A stretch of DNA of 64,000 bases, taken from contig JAPLLW010000008.1 in the NCBI GenBank assembly GCA_026387355.1, positions 1,016-65,015 of the forward strand. The letters are read 5' to 3'. Of the stretch, positions 19,244 through 28,821 are shown piece by piece. Origin of the DNA: Candidatus Omnitrophota bacterium. Lineage in GTDB: Bacteria > Omnitrophota > Gorgyraeia > Gygaellales > Profunditerraquicolaceae. Numbering within the stretch: position 1 is the first letter of the stretch; the number at the start of each line of letters is the position of its first letter. A model generated the notes under the pieces. That model ran no database searches, was not told the DNA's origin, and worked only from the letters and a program-made list of their open reading frames with translations. The translations under genes were made by a program, and so were the position numbers.

Positions 19244-20419
19244 ATGCCTTACCAGAGAGAGAAAATTAAAATTGCCGAGGTGATCACCAGATTAGATCAG
19301 GGTGGATCGCCGGAAGTTGTTTTAGCGCTCTTAAGAGGTCTGGACCATGAACGTTACGCAGTAACATTAATTAGCGGTTTAACTATGAATATGGCAGATA
19401 ATTTGTCCGAAAACATTAAGGACAAAAGAATTAAGTTTATTTATCTCCCGTCTTTGGTTCGTAATATCAATCCCGTTCTCGATGCAATTGCTTTCTTTAA
19501 ACTTTACGGTATATTCAAAAGAGAAAGATTCGGCATAGTGCATACCCATACTTCAAAGGCAGGTGCATTAGGAAGATTGGCAGCAAAGTTAGCAGGAACT
19601 CCGGTTGTAATATACAATACCCATGGACATGTGTTTTATGGCTATTTTAACCAGTTTTTTAATAAACTAATTATGTATATTGAGAAATTTTTAGCTAATT
19701 TTTCGGATGCGATTATAACACTTTCGAAGAAAGAAAAAGATGATTTTGTCAGCCTAAAGATTGCCAAGCCGGATAAACTTAGAGTAATTTATAATGGAAT
19801 CGATTTAGATAAATTCGCAAATACGCAAGTTGATATTGAAAAGAATAAAAAGGAATTGGATTTGCCATTAGATTGTCCAGTGGTGGGTTTGATCAGTCGC
19901 TTGGAACCGGTTAAAGACCCGCTTGGTTTTATTGAAGCGGCTAAAATTATTTGTAGCGCTATACCTAATAGCTGTTTTCTAATTGTTGGTGATGGTTCTT
20001 TGCGTAGTAAGGTCGAGGAAAGGGCTAGGCAGCTTGGGATTAAAGAGAAGGTTATTTTTACTGGTTTTCGCGAAGACATTCCGGAAATCCTAAAGACGCT
20101 TGATTTGGTAGTGCTCTGTTCTCTAAATGAAGGCCTAGGTATTTTGCTAATTGAGGCTCAGGCAGCAGGAATACCCGTAATTGCTACGCAGGTAGGGGGA
20201 ATCCCAGAGGTGGTTATCGACGGAGAAACAGGGATTCTTGTATTACCTGGTAAACCTGAGGCGCTAGCAAAGGCAGTTATTGGATTATTACAGGATAGGC
20301 CTCGTCTTTTACGCATGGGAAGATCTGCACAGGCTTGGGTAAGATCAAGATTTAGTATTGCTTCTATGTTACGGGAATATTCAGATCTTTATGAAAAACT
20401 TATCCTTAAGAATGCTTAA
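19244..20419 (+). CDS. Glycosyltransferase family 1 (GT4-type)
   Basis: 'KIAEVITRLDQGGSPEVV' N-terminus; 'EGLGILLIEAQAAGIPVIATQVGGIPEVV'. The start at 19244 is chosen over the ORF-track start at 19202, which overlaps the upstream gene. Confidence 0.8.
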   Translation: MPYQREKIKIAEVITRLDQGGSPEVVLALLRGLDHERYAVTLISGLTMNMADNLSENIKDKRIKFIYLPSLVRNINPVLDAIAFFKLYGIFKRERFGIVHTHTSKAGALGRLAAKLAGTPVVIYNTHGHVFYGYFNQFFNKLIMYIEKFLANFSDAIITLSKKEKDDFVSLKIAKPDKLRVIYNGIDLDKFANTQVDIEKNKKELDLPLDCPVVGLISRLEPVKDPLGFIEAAKIICSAIPNSCFLIVGDGSLRSKVEERARQLGIKEKVIFTGFREDIPEILKTLDLVVLCSLNEGLGILLIEAQAAGIPVIATQVGGIPEVVIDGETGILVLPGKPEALAKAVIGLLQDRPRLLRMGRSAQAWVRSRFSIASMLREYSDLYEKLILKNA

Positions 20420-21845
20420 AAAAATCATTTTTATTATTCTTTTTGTTTTAGTTTTAACTCAAAGTGCATCTTTAGCCGAAGATTATTATAATCTAGCCGG
20501 ATGCATTCACGTAAATTCAAACGTCGGAAAAGGAAGATATTCGCTAGAAGAGATTATTGGTTTGGCTAGGTCTAATGGTATTCAGATAGTTATATTAGGA
20601 GATATACTTACTTCTAGGGTGGAGTACGGTATTTGGCCTTTGCGTAATATCTTAAAAGTCTTTGATGATAGCAGCTCTTTGTTAAATTACGGAGTAAGCA
20701 AATATTTAAATAAAATTAAAAGTTTTACTAATGATATATCGGATATTATTATAATGCCGGGAATAGAAGTGGCTCCTTTTTATTACTGGGCCGGTACTCT
20801 CCTTAAGAGGGATTTAGTTCTTCATGATCCTAGCAAGCATATGTTTATCGCTGGCTTAGATAAACCATCTGATTTATTGGGGATGCCTGTTATAGGTAAT
20901 CATAACGCAGGCAAATATGGTCTAATATCGATAATTCTAGCTTGGCCATTATTGGTTATGGGAATTGGCGTATATTTGTTTTTTAAAATACCCGTTAAAA
21001 AGGAAAGGAGAACGGTCGGCATTATCTTTTTATCTCTAGGGGTTATTTTCTTCATAAATAATTTTCCGTTTAAAAAGGCTATGTTCGATGCATATAGCAT
21101 AAAGAACCGGATTTTTTATTACCAGCAGCTGATAGATTATGTAAATAAAAAGGGGGGAGTTGTTTTTTGGCTCCAGCCTTGTGGGGAGTCAGGCGGTGTT
21201 TATAAGGGGGTTAAGTATGAGACATTGCCCTTTACGGAAGACCTGTTTTACACCCAAGGATATACCGGATTTTCCGTGTTTTACGAAGGAGAAGAAATGG
21301 TTAAGCCGATGGGCCCGTGGGATAAGCTATTACTTGAGTATTGTCTGGGCAAAAGAAATAGGCCTGTGTGGGCAATAGGCGATATGGATTACAGTTACGA
21401 GGAAGAAAACCATAAGAACTTCGGCGAGGTGCAGACGGTTTTTCTGGTAAAAGATAAAACCAAGGAAGCGGTAGTCAGGGCCCTTAAAAACGGGAATATG
21501 TATGCTTATTATTCCCGCGACCTGAAGAATCAATTGAGGCTGGATAAGTTTGAGGTCCGCGATAGGCTTACGGGGTCTTCTGCCATAATGGGCCAAGAGG
21601 TTTCTTGTTTTTCGCCTGCTGAAATAGCTATTAATATCTCAGGTCCTGAGGCTATTAGGGGGGGGTCTTCTTTAAGGCTTATTCGTAATGGTATGGTTAT
21701 CCAGGTCTTCCAGATAAAGAATTTACCCTTTAACACGGTTTTTATTGATGATTATTTCGTAAGCAGAGAGAAGTGTTATTACCGGTTGGAGGTAGAGGGG
21801 ATTGTGGCTAATCCTGTATTTGTTACTTTTAAAGACCTAAAATAA
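20391..21845 (+). CDS. Membrane-anchored hypothetical protein with a possible degenerate PHP-like region
   Basis: N-terminal signal/TM 'MKNLSLRMLKKIIFIILFVLVLTQSASLA' and a central TM pair. 'CIHVNSNVGKGRYSLEEIIGLARSNGIQIV' faintly resembles the start of a PHP phosphoesterase domain, but no full HxH motif is present. Confidence 0.35.
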   Translation: MKNLSLRMLKKIIFIILFVLVLTQSASLAEDYYNLAGCIHVNSNVGKGRYSLEEIIGLARSNGIQIVILGDILTSRVEYGIWPLRNILKVFDDSSSLLNYGVSKYLNKIKSFTNDISDIIIMPGIEVAPFYYWAGTLLKRDLVLHDPSKHMFIAGLDKPSDLLGMPVIGNHNAGKYGLISIILAWPLLVMGIGVYLFFKIPVKKERRTVGIIFLSLGVIFFINNFPFKKAMFDAYSIKNRIFYYQQLIDYVNKKGGVVFWLQPCGESGGVYKGVKYETLPFTEDLFYTQGYTGFSVFYEGEEMVKPMGPWDKLLLEYCLGKRNRPVWAIGDMDYSYEEENHKNFGEVQTVFLVKDKTKEAVVRALKNGNMYAYYSRDLKNQLRLDKFEVRDRLTGSSAIMGQEVSCFSPAEIAINISGPEAIRGGSSLRLIRNGMVIQVFQIKNLPFNTVFIDDYFVSREKCYYRLEVEGIVANPVFVTFKDLK

Positions 21846-21884
21846 ACCTGTTGATTAAAAGAGGCGTTAATATATAATAGTAAC

Positions 21885-22571
21885 ATGGTAGTTGCTGTCC
21901 ATCAGCCGAATTATTTGCCATGGCTAGGCTTTTTTCATAAAATAGATAAATGTGACACTTTTGTCTTTCTGGATAATGTCCAGTATGAGAAAAGAGAGTT
22001 TCAGAATAGAAATAAGATAAGAACCAAGGAAGATTTTCATTGGCTGACCGTGCCTGTGATTACAAAAGGCCTTTATACGCAAACTATAAGAGAGGTCTTG
22101 GTTGATAACACCCAGGAGTGGCAAAAGACGCATTGGGGGCTAATTTCAACGAATTACGGTAATTCCCCTTATTTTTCTGAGCATCGTAAATTCTTCTCAG
22201 AAGTCTATGCGCAAACATGGGTTAGATTGGTAGATTTAAACGTTTCGTGTATAAACTATATTTTAGATTACTTGGGTATTAAAAAGCCTGTGTGTTTTGA
22301 GTCCTCTATTGGTATTCAGTCTTTTCACACGCAGCGGATTATTGATATATGTAGAAAATTGAACGCGGATACATATTTATCCGGTCTCGGAGCTAAGGAG
22401 TATCTGGAAGAAGATAAGTTTAAAGAGGCAAGCATTAAGCTTGCCTATCAGGATTTTGTTCATCCCGAGTATAAGCAGGTCTATAGTCCGTTTATTCCGC
22501 AGATGTCTATAATTGACCTGATATTTAACTGCGGGAAGGAAGGCATAAATATCTTAAGGGGGCAAAAATGA
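21885..22571 (+). CDS. WbqC-like family protein
   Basis: 'VAVHQPNYLPWLGFFHKI' is the WbqC family signature. Confidence 0.75.
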   Translation: MVVAVHQPNYLPWLGFFHKIDKCDTFVFLDNVQYEKREFQNRNKIRTKEDFHWLTVPVITKGLYTQTIREVLVDNTQEWQKTHWGLISTNYGNSPYFSEHRKFFSEVYAQTWVRLVDLNVSCINYILDYLGIKKPVCFESSIGIQSFHTQRIIDICRKLNADTYLSGLGAKEYLEEDKFKEASIKLAYQDFVHPEYKQVYSPFIPQMSIIDLIFNCGKEGINILRGQK

Positions 22572-23182
22572 ATATTTTAGCTATCGGCGCGCATCCCGAT
22601 GATATCGAATTCGGTTGTGGTGGCACTTTGATTAAATGTAAGAAGGCTGGGCATAAAATATATACTTTAGTGCTTAGCAAGGGCTCAATGGGTGGCAGTG
22701 CATTTATACGCCAGAGAGAGCAGAAGGCAGCTGCCCGTTTTTTGAACGTAGCAAAGATTTATTGGGGGAATTTTTCCGATACCAACATTATATTGAACCA
22801 AAAGTTAATCCGGGTAATAGAGGATGTAGTTAAGGAGACTAAGCCGGATATAGTATTTTTTAATTATTTTTCGGATACTCACCAGGATCATCGTGCTCTC
22901 GCCGAAGGAGCGATATCTGCCACTAGATACGTAAAAAAAGTCTTATTTTATGAGACTCCTACTGCGCAATGTTTTGATCCGGATGTGTTTATGGATATCA
23001 CGGATTGCCTGACTGAGAAATTGAAATTGCTTATGTTGCACTCATCGCAGACCCATAAAACTCGCGTGCCTAAGCTAACCATACTTGAATCCGCCACCTC
23101 TTGCGCTAATTTCCGGGGATTCCAGGCACGGGTTAAATATGCCGAAGGCTTTAAATCTTTAAGGATGATGTTAGAAATATGA
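22568..23182 (+). CDS. PIG-L/LmbE-family N-acetylglucosaminyl deacetylase
   Basis: 'ILAIGAHPDDIEFGCGG' (AHPDDE motif) and 'HQDH'. Confidence 0.8.
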   Translation: MNILAIGAHPDDIEFGCGGTLIKCKKAGHKIYTLVLSKGSMGGSAFIRQREQKAAARFLNVAKIYWGNFSDTNIILNQKLIRVIEDVVKETKPDIVFFNYFSDTHQDHRALAEGAISATRYVKKVLFYETPTAQCFDPDVFMDITDCLTEKLKLLMLHSSQTHKTRVPKLTILESATSCANFRGFQARVKYAEGFKSLRMMLEI

Positions 23183-24216
23183 ACCTGATAATCGTTTTGC
23201 TAGCTGCCTTACTTATTACCATTTTATTAACTCCGCTTTGTCGAGGTGTTGCGATATCCTTGCGTATCGTAGATTATCCCAATGAAAGAAAAGTGCATCG
23301 TGTACCTACCCCATTATTGGGCGGTGTCTCTATTTTTATATCATTTGTTTTAATTCTTGCTTTTACGGGCCTTTTGAAAAATAAGGCAGTTCTCAGTATT
23401 ATTGCAGGGGCTACAATTATATCGGTTTTTGCTGTTTATGATGACGCCAAAAGAATAACCGCCGCCTCAAGGCTTCTTTCCCAGATTGTTGCCTCTTTCG
23501 TAATTATCAGATCAGGTATCGTTTTTACTTTTATGCCAAATACCGCATGGGGAAAGATTATCGAGATTATTCTCACCGTGATTTGGATCTTAGGGATTAC
23601 CAATGGTTTAAATTATCTGGATGGTTTGGATTGTTTGGCTGGAGGCCTGGTGGTTGTGAGCAGTTTTGGGTTTTTAGGCGTCGCCCTGCTTACCAATCAG
23701 TCTGTATTACAAATCTGTGCCGTAGCATTGGCGGGTGCGACCATAGGGTTCCTGCCGTTTAATTGCAAAAAAAGGATATTCCTAGGTGATATGAGCAGCA
23801 CTTTGGGCTTTATCCTTGCTGCCGTTGCTATTATGGGAACTTGGGCAGAGTATAGCCTAATCGATTTGACTATTCCTATACTTATCTTAGGTATTCCCGT
23901 ATTCGATATGATTTTTACTACTATCAGCCGTATTTATACCGGTAAGATTAAGTCCGCAGTACAATGGATGGAGTATGCCGGATTGGATCACTTCCACCAT
24001 CGTTTACTGAACTTAGGACTCAGCCCTGATTCAGTGGTTGTTTTTATCTGGGCAACGAACGTTGTATTATGCGCAAGCGCCCTGGTTCTTTGGGGGACGA
24101 GGAACTATCATTCAGTATTAATGCCGCTTTTGCTCGTTTTCCAGGCGGTGATAGTTTTTATTTTGATTAGCGTTTTGATGGTTTTCGGTAAACATAAGAA
24201 AATTAAGATTAAATAA
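23179..24216 (+). CDS. Polyprenyl-phosphate sugar-1-phosphate transferase (MraY/WecA, GT4 family); candidate initiating transferase
   Basis: 'VHRVPTPLLGGVSIF' and 'NGLNYLDGLDCLAGG'; multi-TM protein. Confidence 0.8.
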   Translation: MNLIIVLLAALLITILLTPLCRGVAISLRIVDYPNERKVHRVPTPLLGGVSIFISFVLILAFTGLLKNKAVLSIIAGATIISVFAVYDDAKRITAASRLLSQIVASFVIIRSGIVFTFMPNTAWGKIIEIILTVIWILGITNGLNYLDGLDCLAGGLVVVSSFGFLGVALLTNQSVLQICAVALAGATIGFLPFNCKKRIFLGDMSSTLGFILAAVAIMGTWAEYSLIDLTIPILILGIPVFDMIFTTISRIYTGKIKSAVQWMEYAGLDHFHHRLLNLGLSPDSVVVFIWATNVVLCASALVLWGTRNYHSVLMPLLLVFQAVIVFILISVLMVFGKHKKIKIK

Positions 24217-24224
24217 AGACAGAT

Positions 24225-25046
24225 ATGTATGAACGATATTGGCAGTTAAAAGAAAAGCCTTTTGAAAATACCCCTAACCCGCACTTCGCATATTATTCTC
24301 CAAAACACGAAGAGGCTTTAATGCGCATGCTCTATGCTATAAATGAGCATAAAGGTTTTGCCGTGCTTACCGGAGACTACGGTAGCGGGAAAACCTTATT
24401 GAGTAGGCTATTGCTTCAGGAGCTAAGTAAAGATGAGAAGAGGTGTAATGTTGCTTTGATAGTTAATCCACTGCTTTCAGCCATAGAGTTCTTAAGAGAG
24501 ATTATTTATCAGCTTGACGGTAGCGACCACAAAGAAGATAAGCTTACTCTTTTACATATGCTTAATGACTACCTCTACCAGGGCCTGAAAAATAAGAAGG
24601 AGACAGTAGTTATCGTTGACGAAGCGCAGCTAATCCCTGAGAGCTTGTTTGACGAATTAAGGTTACTGCTCAATTTTCAGTTAGATGACAGGTATCTTTT
24701 GAGCCTTATCTTTATAGGACAGCCAGAACTTATCAATATTATAAAAAAAGTAAAACAATTAGAACAGCGTATTGCTGTTAGATATCATTTAACCGGGCTT
24801 GAAGAGGCAGAGGTTAAGAGCTATATAGCGCATCGTTTGCAGGTCGCAGGATGTGAAAAACAGATTTTTGAGGATGACGTTTGTAAAACTATCTATAACC
24901 GTACTGCGGGTATACCTAGAAAAATAAATATGATTTGCGATATGAGCTTAATGATTGGCATGATTAAGAAGAGTGCTATAATTAATAATGAGATAGTTTT
25001 GGAAGTGATCGCGGATTATAATGATCAATTTAGAAACGATATTTAG
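24225..25046 (+). CDS. ExeA/GspA-like AAA ATPase (resembles the ATPases associated with exosortase/PEP-CTERM EPS loci)
   Basis: Walker A 'GDYGSGKT'; Walker B 'VVIVDEAQ'. Confidence 0.6.
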   Translation: MYERYWQLKEKPFENTPNPHFAYYSPKHEEALMRMLYAINEHKGFAVLTGDYGSGKTLLSRLLLQELSKDEKRCNVALIVNPLLSAIEFLREIIYQLDGSDHKEDKLTLLHMLNDYLYQGLKNKKETVVIVDEAQLIPESLFDELRLLLNFQLDDRYLLSLIFIGQPELINIIKKVKQLEQRIAVRYHLTGLEEAEVKSYIAHRLQVAGCEKQIFEDDVCKTIYNRTAGIPRKINMICDMSLMIGMIKKSAIINNEIVLEVIADYNDQFRNDI

Positions 25047-25055
25047 GGGTAATAT

Positions 25056-26123
25056 ATGGTAAGACTTGCTGATTTAATAAAGCAAAAGATGGAGGAGGCT
25101 CGTAAGGCTGGCGAGTATCCGGATAAGCCACAGGAGAAGCTTAAAAATAAGGCCGAGTTAGCTAAGGCAATCTGCGAAATAAATAAAGCTAAGTCGGAGG
25201 AGTCCTGCGCTTATTATGAGGATGTACGCAAGCTAATTAAGGAAGCATTTTTTCAGCTTAGTAAAGATAGCAATTTTGAGCTTGCGTCTATCAAGGATAT
25301 TGTTAGCAAGGTAGTCGACCAGCTGGTTATCGATGGATCAAAATTATTGAAATTAGCTATCTCTAAGCCTGCGCCCGAAGATTATATCATATGCCATTCT
25401 GTCAATGTTTGTATTTTCTCCATAGAAATTGGTTTGTCGATGAAATACAATAAATCAGACCTCAACACAATAGGATTGGGCGCTTTATTGCATGATATAG
25501 GCCTGGCTAAGATGACCAGTATTTTTCTAACCGACCCCACAAAATTATCTTCAACCGATGTGAATCTGTTGAAGTCTCATCCTCTGGTCGGGTTTGAGAT
25601 AGCGGGCAAATATGTGGATATCGCAGAGGACGCAAAGAAAATAATTGCTCAGCATCATGAAAGATATAATGGCTCAGGTTATCCGCAAGCTCTTAAAGGA
25701 GACGCTATAAGCAAATTTAGCCAGATCGTGGGGTTAGCTAATTTATTTGAGTCGAAGACCCATCCGCGTCCAGGAAGAAAGAAGATGGTCCCCTATGAAT
25801 TTATGAAGGAGCTATTCACTCACGAAGAGAATCTGTTTGCTACGGATATTATTAAGGCTATGGTTAAAAGGTTTGGTATTTATCCTATCAGCAGCTGGGT
25901 TATGTTAAACAGTAACCAGATCTGCCAGGTTTGCGACGTTAATGAGAACTTCCCCTTAAGGCCTATAGTAAATGTGCTATTTGACGCTGAAGGCAAAAGG
26001 TTGTCGCAGCCTAAGATATTAAACCTGGCTGAGCAGAAGAGTGGTGTCCATATAAAAGAGGCTTTTGGCGAAACAGATCTTATTATCGGCGAAAAAGACA
26101 TAAAAAAGAGGGAGGTGAGGTAG
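25056..26123 (+). CDS. HD-GYP domain c-di-GMP phosphodiesterase
   Basis: 'HDIGL' and 'HHERYNGSGYP' (HD and GYP motifs). Confidence 0.8.
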   Translation: MVRLADLIKQKMEEARKAGEYPDKPQEKLKNKAELAKAICEINKAKSEESCAYYEDVRKLIKEAFFQLSKDSNFELASIKDIVSKVVDQLVIDGSKLLKLAISKPAPEDYIICHSVNVCIFSIEIGLSMKYNKSDLNTIGLGALLHDIGLAKMTSIFLTDPTKLSSTDVNLLKSHPLVGFEIAGKYVDIAEDAKKIIAQHHERYNGSGYPQALKGDAISKFSQIVGLANLFESKTHPRPGRKKMVPYEFMKELFTHEENLFATDIIKAMVKRFGIYPISSWVMLNSNQICQVCDVNENFPLRPIVNVLFDAEGKRLSQPKILNLAEQKSGVHIKEAFGETDLIIGEKDIKKREVR

Positions 26124-26125
26124 AT

Positions 26126-26308
26126 ATGAAGATTCTTATGAAAGGGCTTTTATTTTTAGCGACCATATCCGTGTTTGTTGGTATGGTTTCCCGGGTTACT
26201 TTGAAACCGATTTTTTCTATCGAAGCGAATGCTTTTTTGCGTTTCGCCGCTCTTTGCATTCTTTTTGTTATTGGTTTGGCGGCATTAAAATTAGCTGAGA
26301 AACAATAA
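26126..26308 (+). CDS. Small membrane protein (hypothetical)
   Basis: 60-aa ORF with two hydrophobic helices, directly after the HD-GYP gene; RBS 'agggaggtgagg' upstream. Confidence 0.3.
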   Translation: MKILMKGLLFLATISVFVGMVSRVTLKPIFSIEANAFLRFAALCILFVIGLAALKLAEKQ

Positions 26309-26370
26309 CAGTTAATAAAACTTTAGAAATCCAGGACATCGTTTTTTTTGCTATAAAGGAACCTAAGAAT

Positions 26371-26715
26371 ATGATAAAGGATAGATTCGAAGAAAAAAGA
26401 AAATATCCGCGCGTTAACAAGGATGCTTACATTGATTATTCTTTTAAGACTCCTAAGGGTCAGGTTAACGAAGGGTTACGTTTAAGCGTAAATATAAGCG
26501 CCGGCGGACTGATGTTTGTGACTTCTAGATGCTTAAAGAAAGGAATAAAATTAAAGTTAAATATTAATATCGGGAGCGTTTCAAAGCCGATTAAGGCTTT
26601 TGCTAAGGTGGCTTGGGTTAAAAGGCGTGAAGACGGGGAATATGCCGTCGGAGTTGTTTTTTATCGTATCAGTGAGGCAGGCAGAAAGAAAATACTTCTT
26701 TATTCTTTATTCTAA
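26371..26715 (+). CDS. PilZ-domain protein
   Basis: 'RKYPRV' (RxxxR) followed by 'NISAGGLMF' (DxSxGG); 114 aa. Confidence 0.7.
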   Translation: MIKDRFEEKRKYPRVNKDAYIDYSFKTPKGQVNEGLRLSVNISAGGLMFVTSRCLKKGIKLKLNINIGSVSKPIKAFAKVAWVKRREDGEYAVGVVFYRISEAGRKKILLYSLF

Positions 26716-26729
26716 AGTTCTCGCCGTTA

Positions 26730-28820
26730 TTATCTGGGATTTTCTTCTTCGGAATAGTATTGTTTATACTGGTAATATTTGTAATAATAGTCGGAATCCG
26801 TTCGGAATAGGCTGGAGATATCATTTAGAACAATTCCCGTAACATTTGCCTTCAAGGTCACAAACTCTTCCTTTGTGCGTATTAAGACCTGGCGGGATAT
26901 TTTTCCGAGCTTATGCACTAATAATACCGAGTCTACTTTAGGAGCTAAAACTAAAGCGTCTGCTAGAGGCAAAGCAGGAGGGGTGTCTAGGATTATAACC
27001 TCAAAATTGGCGCTTAAATCTTTCAATAAATTATCCATTTCCTCAGAACTTAATAATTCGGTAGAGTTCGGTGTTCTTGACCCGGAAGTGATGATGCTTA
27101 AGTTGTCTAGCCCTGTAGTTTTTAAGGCTTGATCCCAATCAGCCTCCATCAGGATGTCGACTAGATTTCTGGCTGTTTCTTCCCATGGCGCAGAAGCGGT
27201 TAAAATTTCCGTAAGCCCAGGGTAACTTTTCTTGAAACCAAAGGCTTTATGTATAGAAGGTTTTCTTAGGTCTGCATCAATAAGCATAACTTTATGCCCC
27301 ATTTGAGCAATAATGATGGCAAGATTTATGCTGGTCATGCTTTTACCTTCCATGGGGCTGGAGCTAGAAACAAGAATTTTTTTACCCAGTTCTTTATCGA
27401 TCCCGAGTTTCTGAAATAAATTTGCTTGAAGCATGCGGAAGGCTTCTTTTACTATAGATTTCTCTTCATAATTAATAAGCAATCTCTTGGTGGCCTGCAC
27501 AGGGTTCGCTGTTCTTTCTTTTCTGAGTATGTAATGCCGCAGGTTTTCTAATAAAGTTTCCTTAAAAGATTTCTTTTTTTCATCGGGCAATTCGAAATAC
27601 GGTATGAGCCCGATTACCTGTATCCCGGTAACTTTTTCCACCTCTTCTATGGTTCTTACCGAAAAGTCAAGTTGTTCGAAGATGAAGGCAGCAATAATAC
27701 CGGCAAGTGCTCCTGTGAGAAGGCCAAAGATTATTATCAAGGGTAAGTTAATGTTGATAGGGGTGCGAGATTCTACCGCCCGGTCCACGATAGTGACCGA
27801 TTGCGCCTTTTTGCTCTCCTCATTAATCCGGGCATCATCAAGTTTGCTTTTTAGAAGGGTGTAGAGTTTCTCATCGTTAGTAATTTCTCTTTTTAGGCGC
27901 ATCTCCTCTAGTTGTAGATTAGGAGGAATCTCGATAGTAGAAATGACCTCGGAATCCTGAATATCGTCTTTTTTCTGGAAGGTCTCCAACTGCTTCTTTA
28001 AAGACTCGTTTTCGCTTTTTATTGCGATTACATTTGGGTGGGATTCTGTATAAACTGTCAGCAGTTCCCGTAATTTATCTTCATTGCTTGTGAGTTTATT
28101 TTTTAAGGATAGATAGGGAAGGTTCGCCTGTTGTCTTTTTTTGATTTCGATAAGCTGTTCCCGCTTATATTTGTCAATCCCCTCGTTATGTTTCTTTAAT
28201 GCCTCCTCTGAAGCGGCTAGCCTTTTTGAGATCTCTGCCAGGCGTCCTTCTATGAAATTTACTACCATAGCCGCCTGTCTGGATATTTCATTTTTTGCCT
28301 CTGTAACATAGACTTCGGCGATTTTATTAGCAATATCCTTTGCTTTCTTGGGATCAGTATTTTTTACAGTGATCTTAACCACGTTGCTTTCCGGTAAGGC
28401 CTCTGCGGAAATATTGCTCACTAAAGAGCCGACGATTGCGTTAATGCTGTTTTGATCGGAATCTTGAGGTATAAGATTTAATTCTCTGGCTACTTTTTCA
28501 ATAAGTTGTCTGCTTGTGATAATCGTTGCTTGAGAATTAAGTAAATCTGCGGCCGGCTGTTTAGAAAGGCCCGGCATATTGATGTCAGCATTGGAAAACT
28601 CGATGACTATTTTTACGGTTGTGCTTGCTTGGAAGATGGGGGTGCGGGTATTGCCGTAGATGATATTTATCAGAAAGACAACCAGAAAGACGGAGAGGAT
28701 TACCGTTTTTCTTTTACGAAAGATCCGGATATAATCTCTGAGGTTTAATTCGTATTCAGGCATAGTTTTCTTGCTTTTTACTATATCATAGTATAAAATT
28801 AATGTCAAGGAGCCCCACAT
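26730..28820 (-). CDS. Wzc-like polysaccharide co-polymerase / BY-kinase (second paralogue)
   Basis: Two TMs plus coiled-coil periplasmic domain; Walker A 'SPMEGKS'; 'VMLIDADLRKP'; 'VIILDTPP'; C-terminal 'DYYYKYYQYKQYY'. Confidence 0.85.
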   Translation of the reverse strand: MWGSLTLILYYDIVKSKKTMPEYELNLRDYIRIFRKRKTVILSVFLVVFLINIIYGNTRTPIFQASTTVKIVIEFSNADINMPGLSKQPAADLLNSQATIITSRQLIEKVARELNLIPQDSDQNSINAIVGSLVSNISAEALPESNVVKITVKNTDPKKAKDIANKIAEVYVTEAKNEISRQAAMVVNFIEGRLAEISKRLAASEEALKKHNEGIDKYKREQLIEIKKRQQANLPYLSLKNKLTSNEDKLRELLTVYTESHPNVIAIKSENESLKKQLETFQKKDDIQDSEVISTIEIPPNLQLEEMRLKREITNDEKLYTLLKSKLDDARINEESKKAQSVTIVDRAVESRTPININLPLIIIFGLLTGALAGIIAAFIFEQLDFSVRTIEEVEKVTGIQVIGLIPYFELPDEKKKSFKETLLENLRHYILRKERTANPVQATKRLLINYEEKSIVKEAFRMLQANLFQKLGIDKELGKKILVSSSSPMEGKSMTSINLAIIIAQMGHKVMLIDADLRKPSIHKAFGFKKSYPGLTEILTASAPWEETARNLVDILMEADWDQALKTTGLDNLSIITSGSRTPNSTELLSSEEMDNLLKDLSANFEVIILDTPPALPLADALVLAPKVDSVLLVHKLGKISRQVLIRTKEEFVTLKANVTGIVLNDISSLFRTDSDYYYKYYQYKQYYSEEENPR

Positions 28821-28821
28821 T

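Noticed and set aside
26600-26842. 80-aa + strand ORF spanning the end of PilZ and the end of the minus-strand Wzc gene
   Set aside because: It overlaps two better-supported genes in different frames, has no RBS, and has a low-complexity product.
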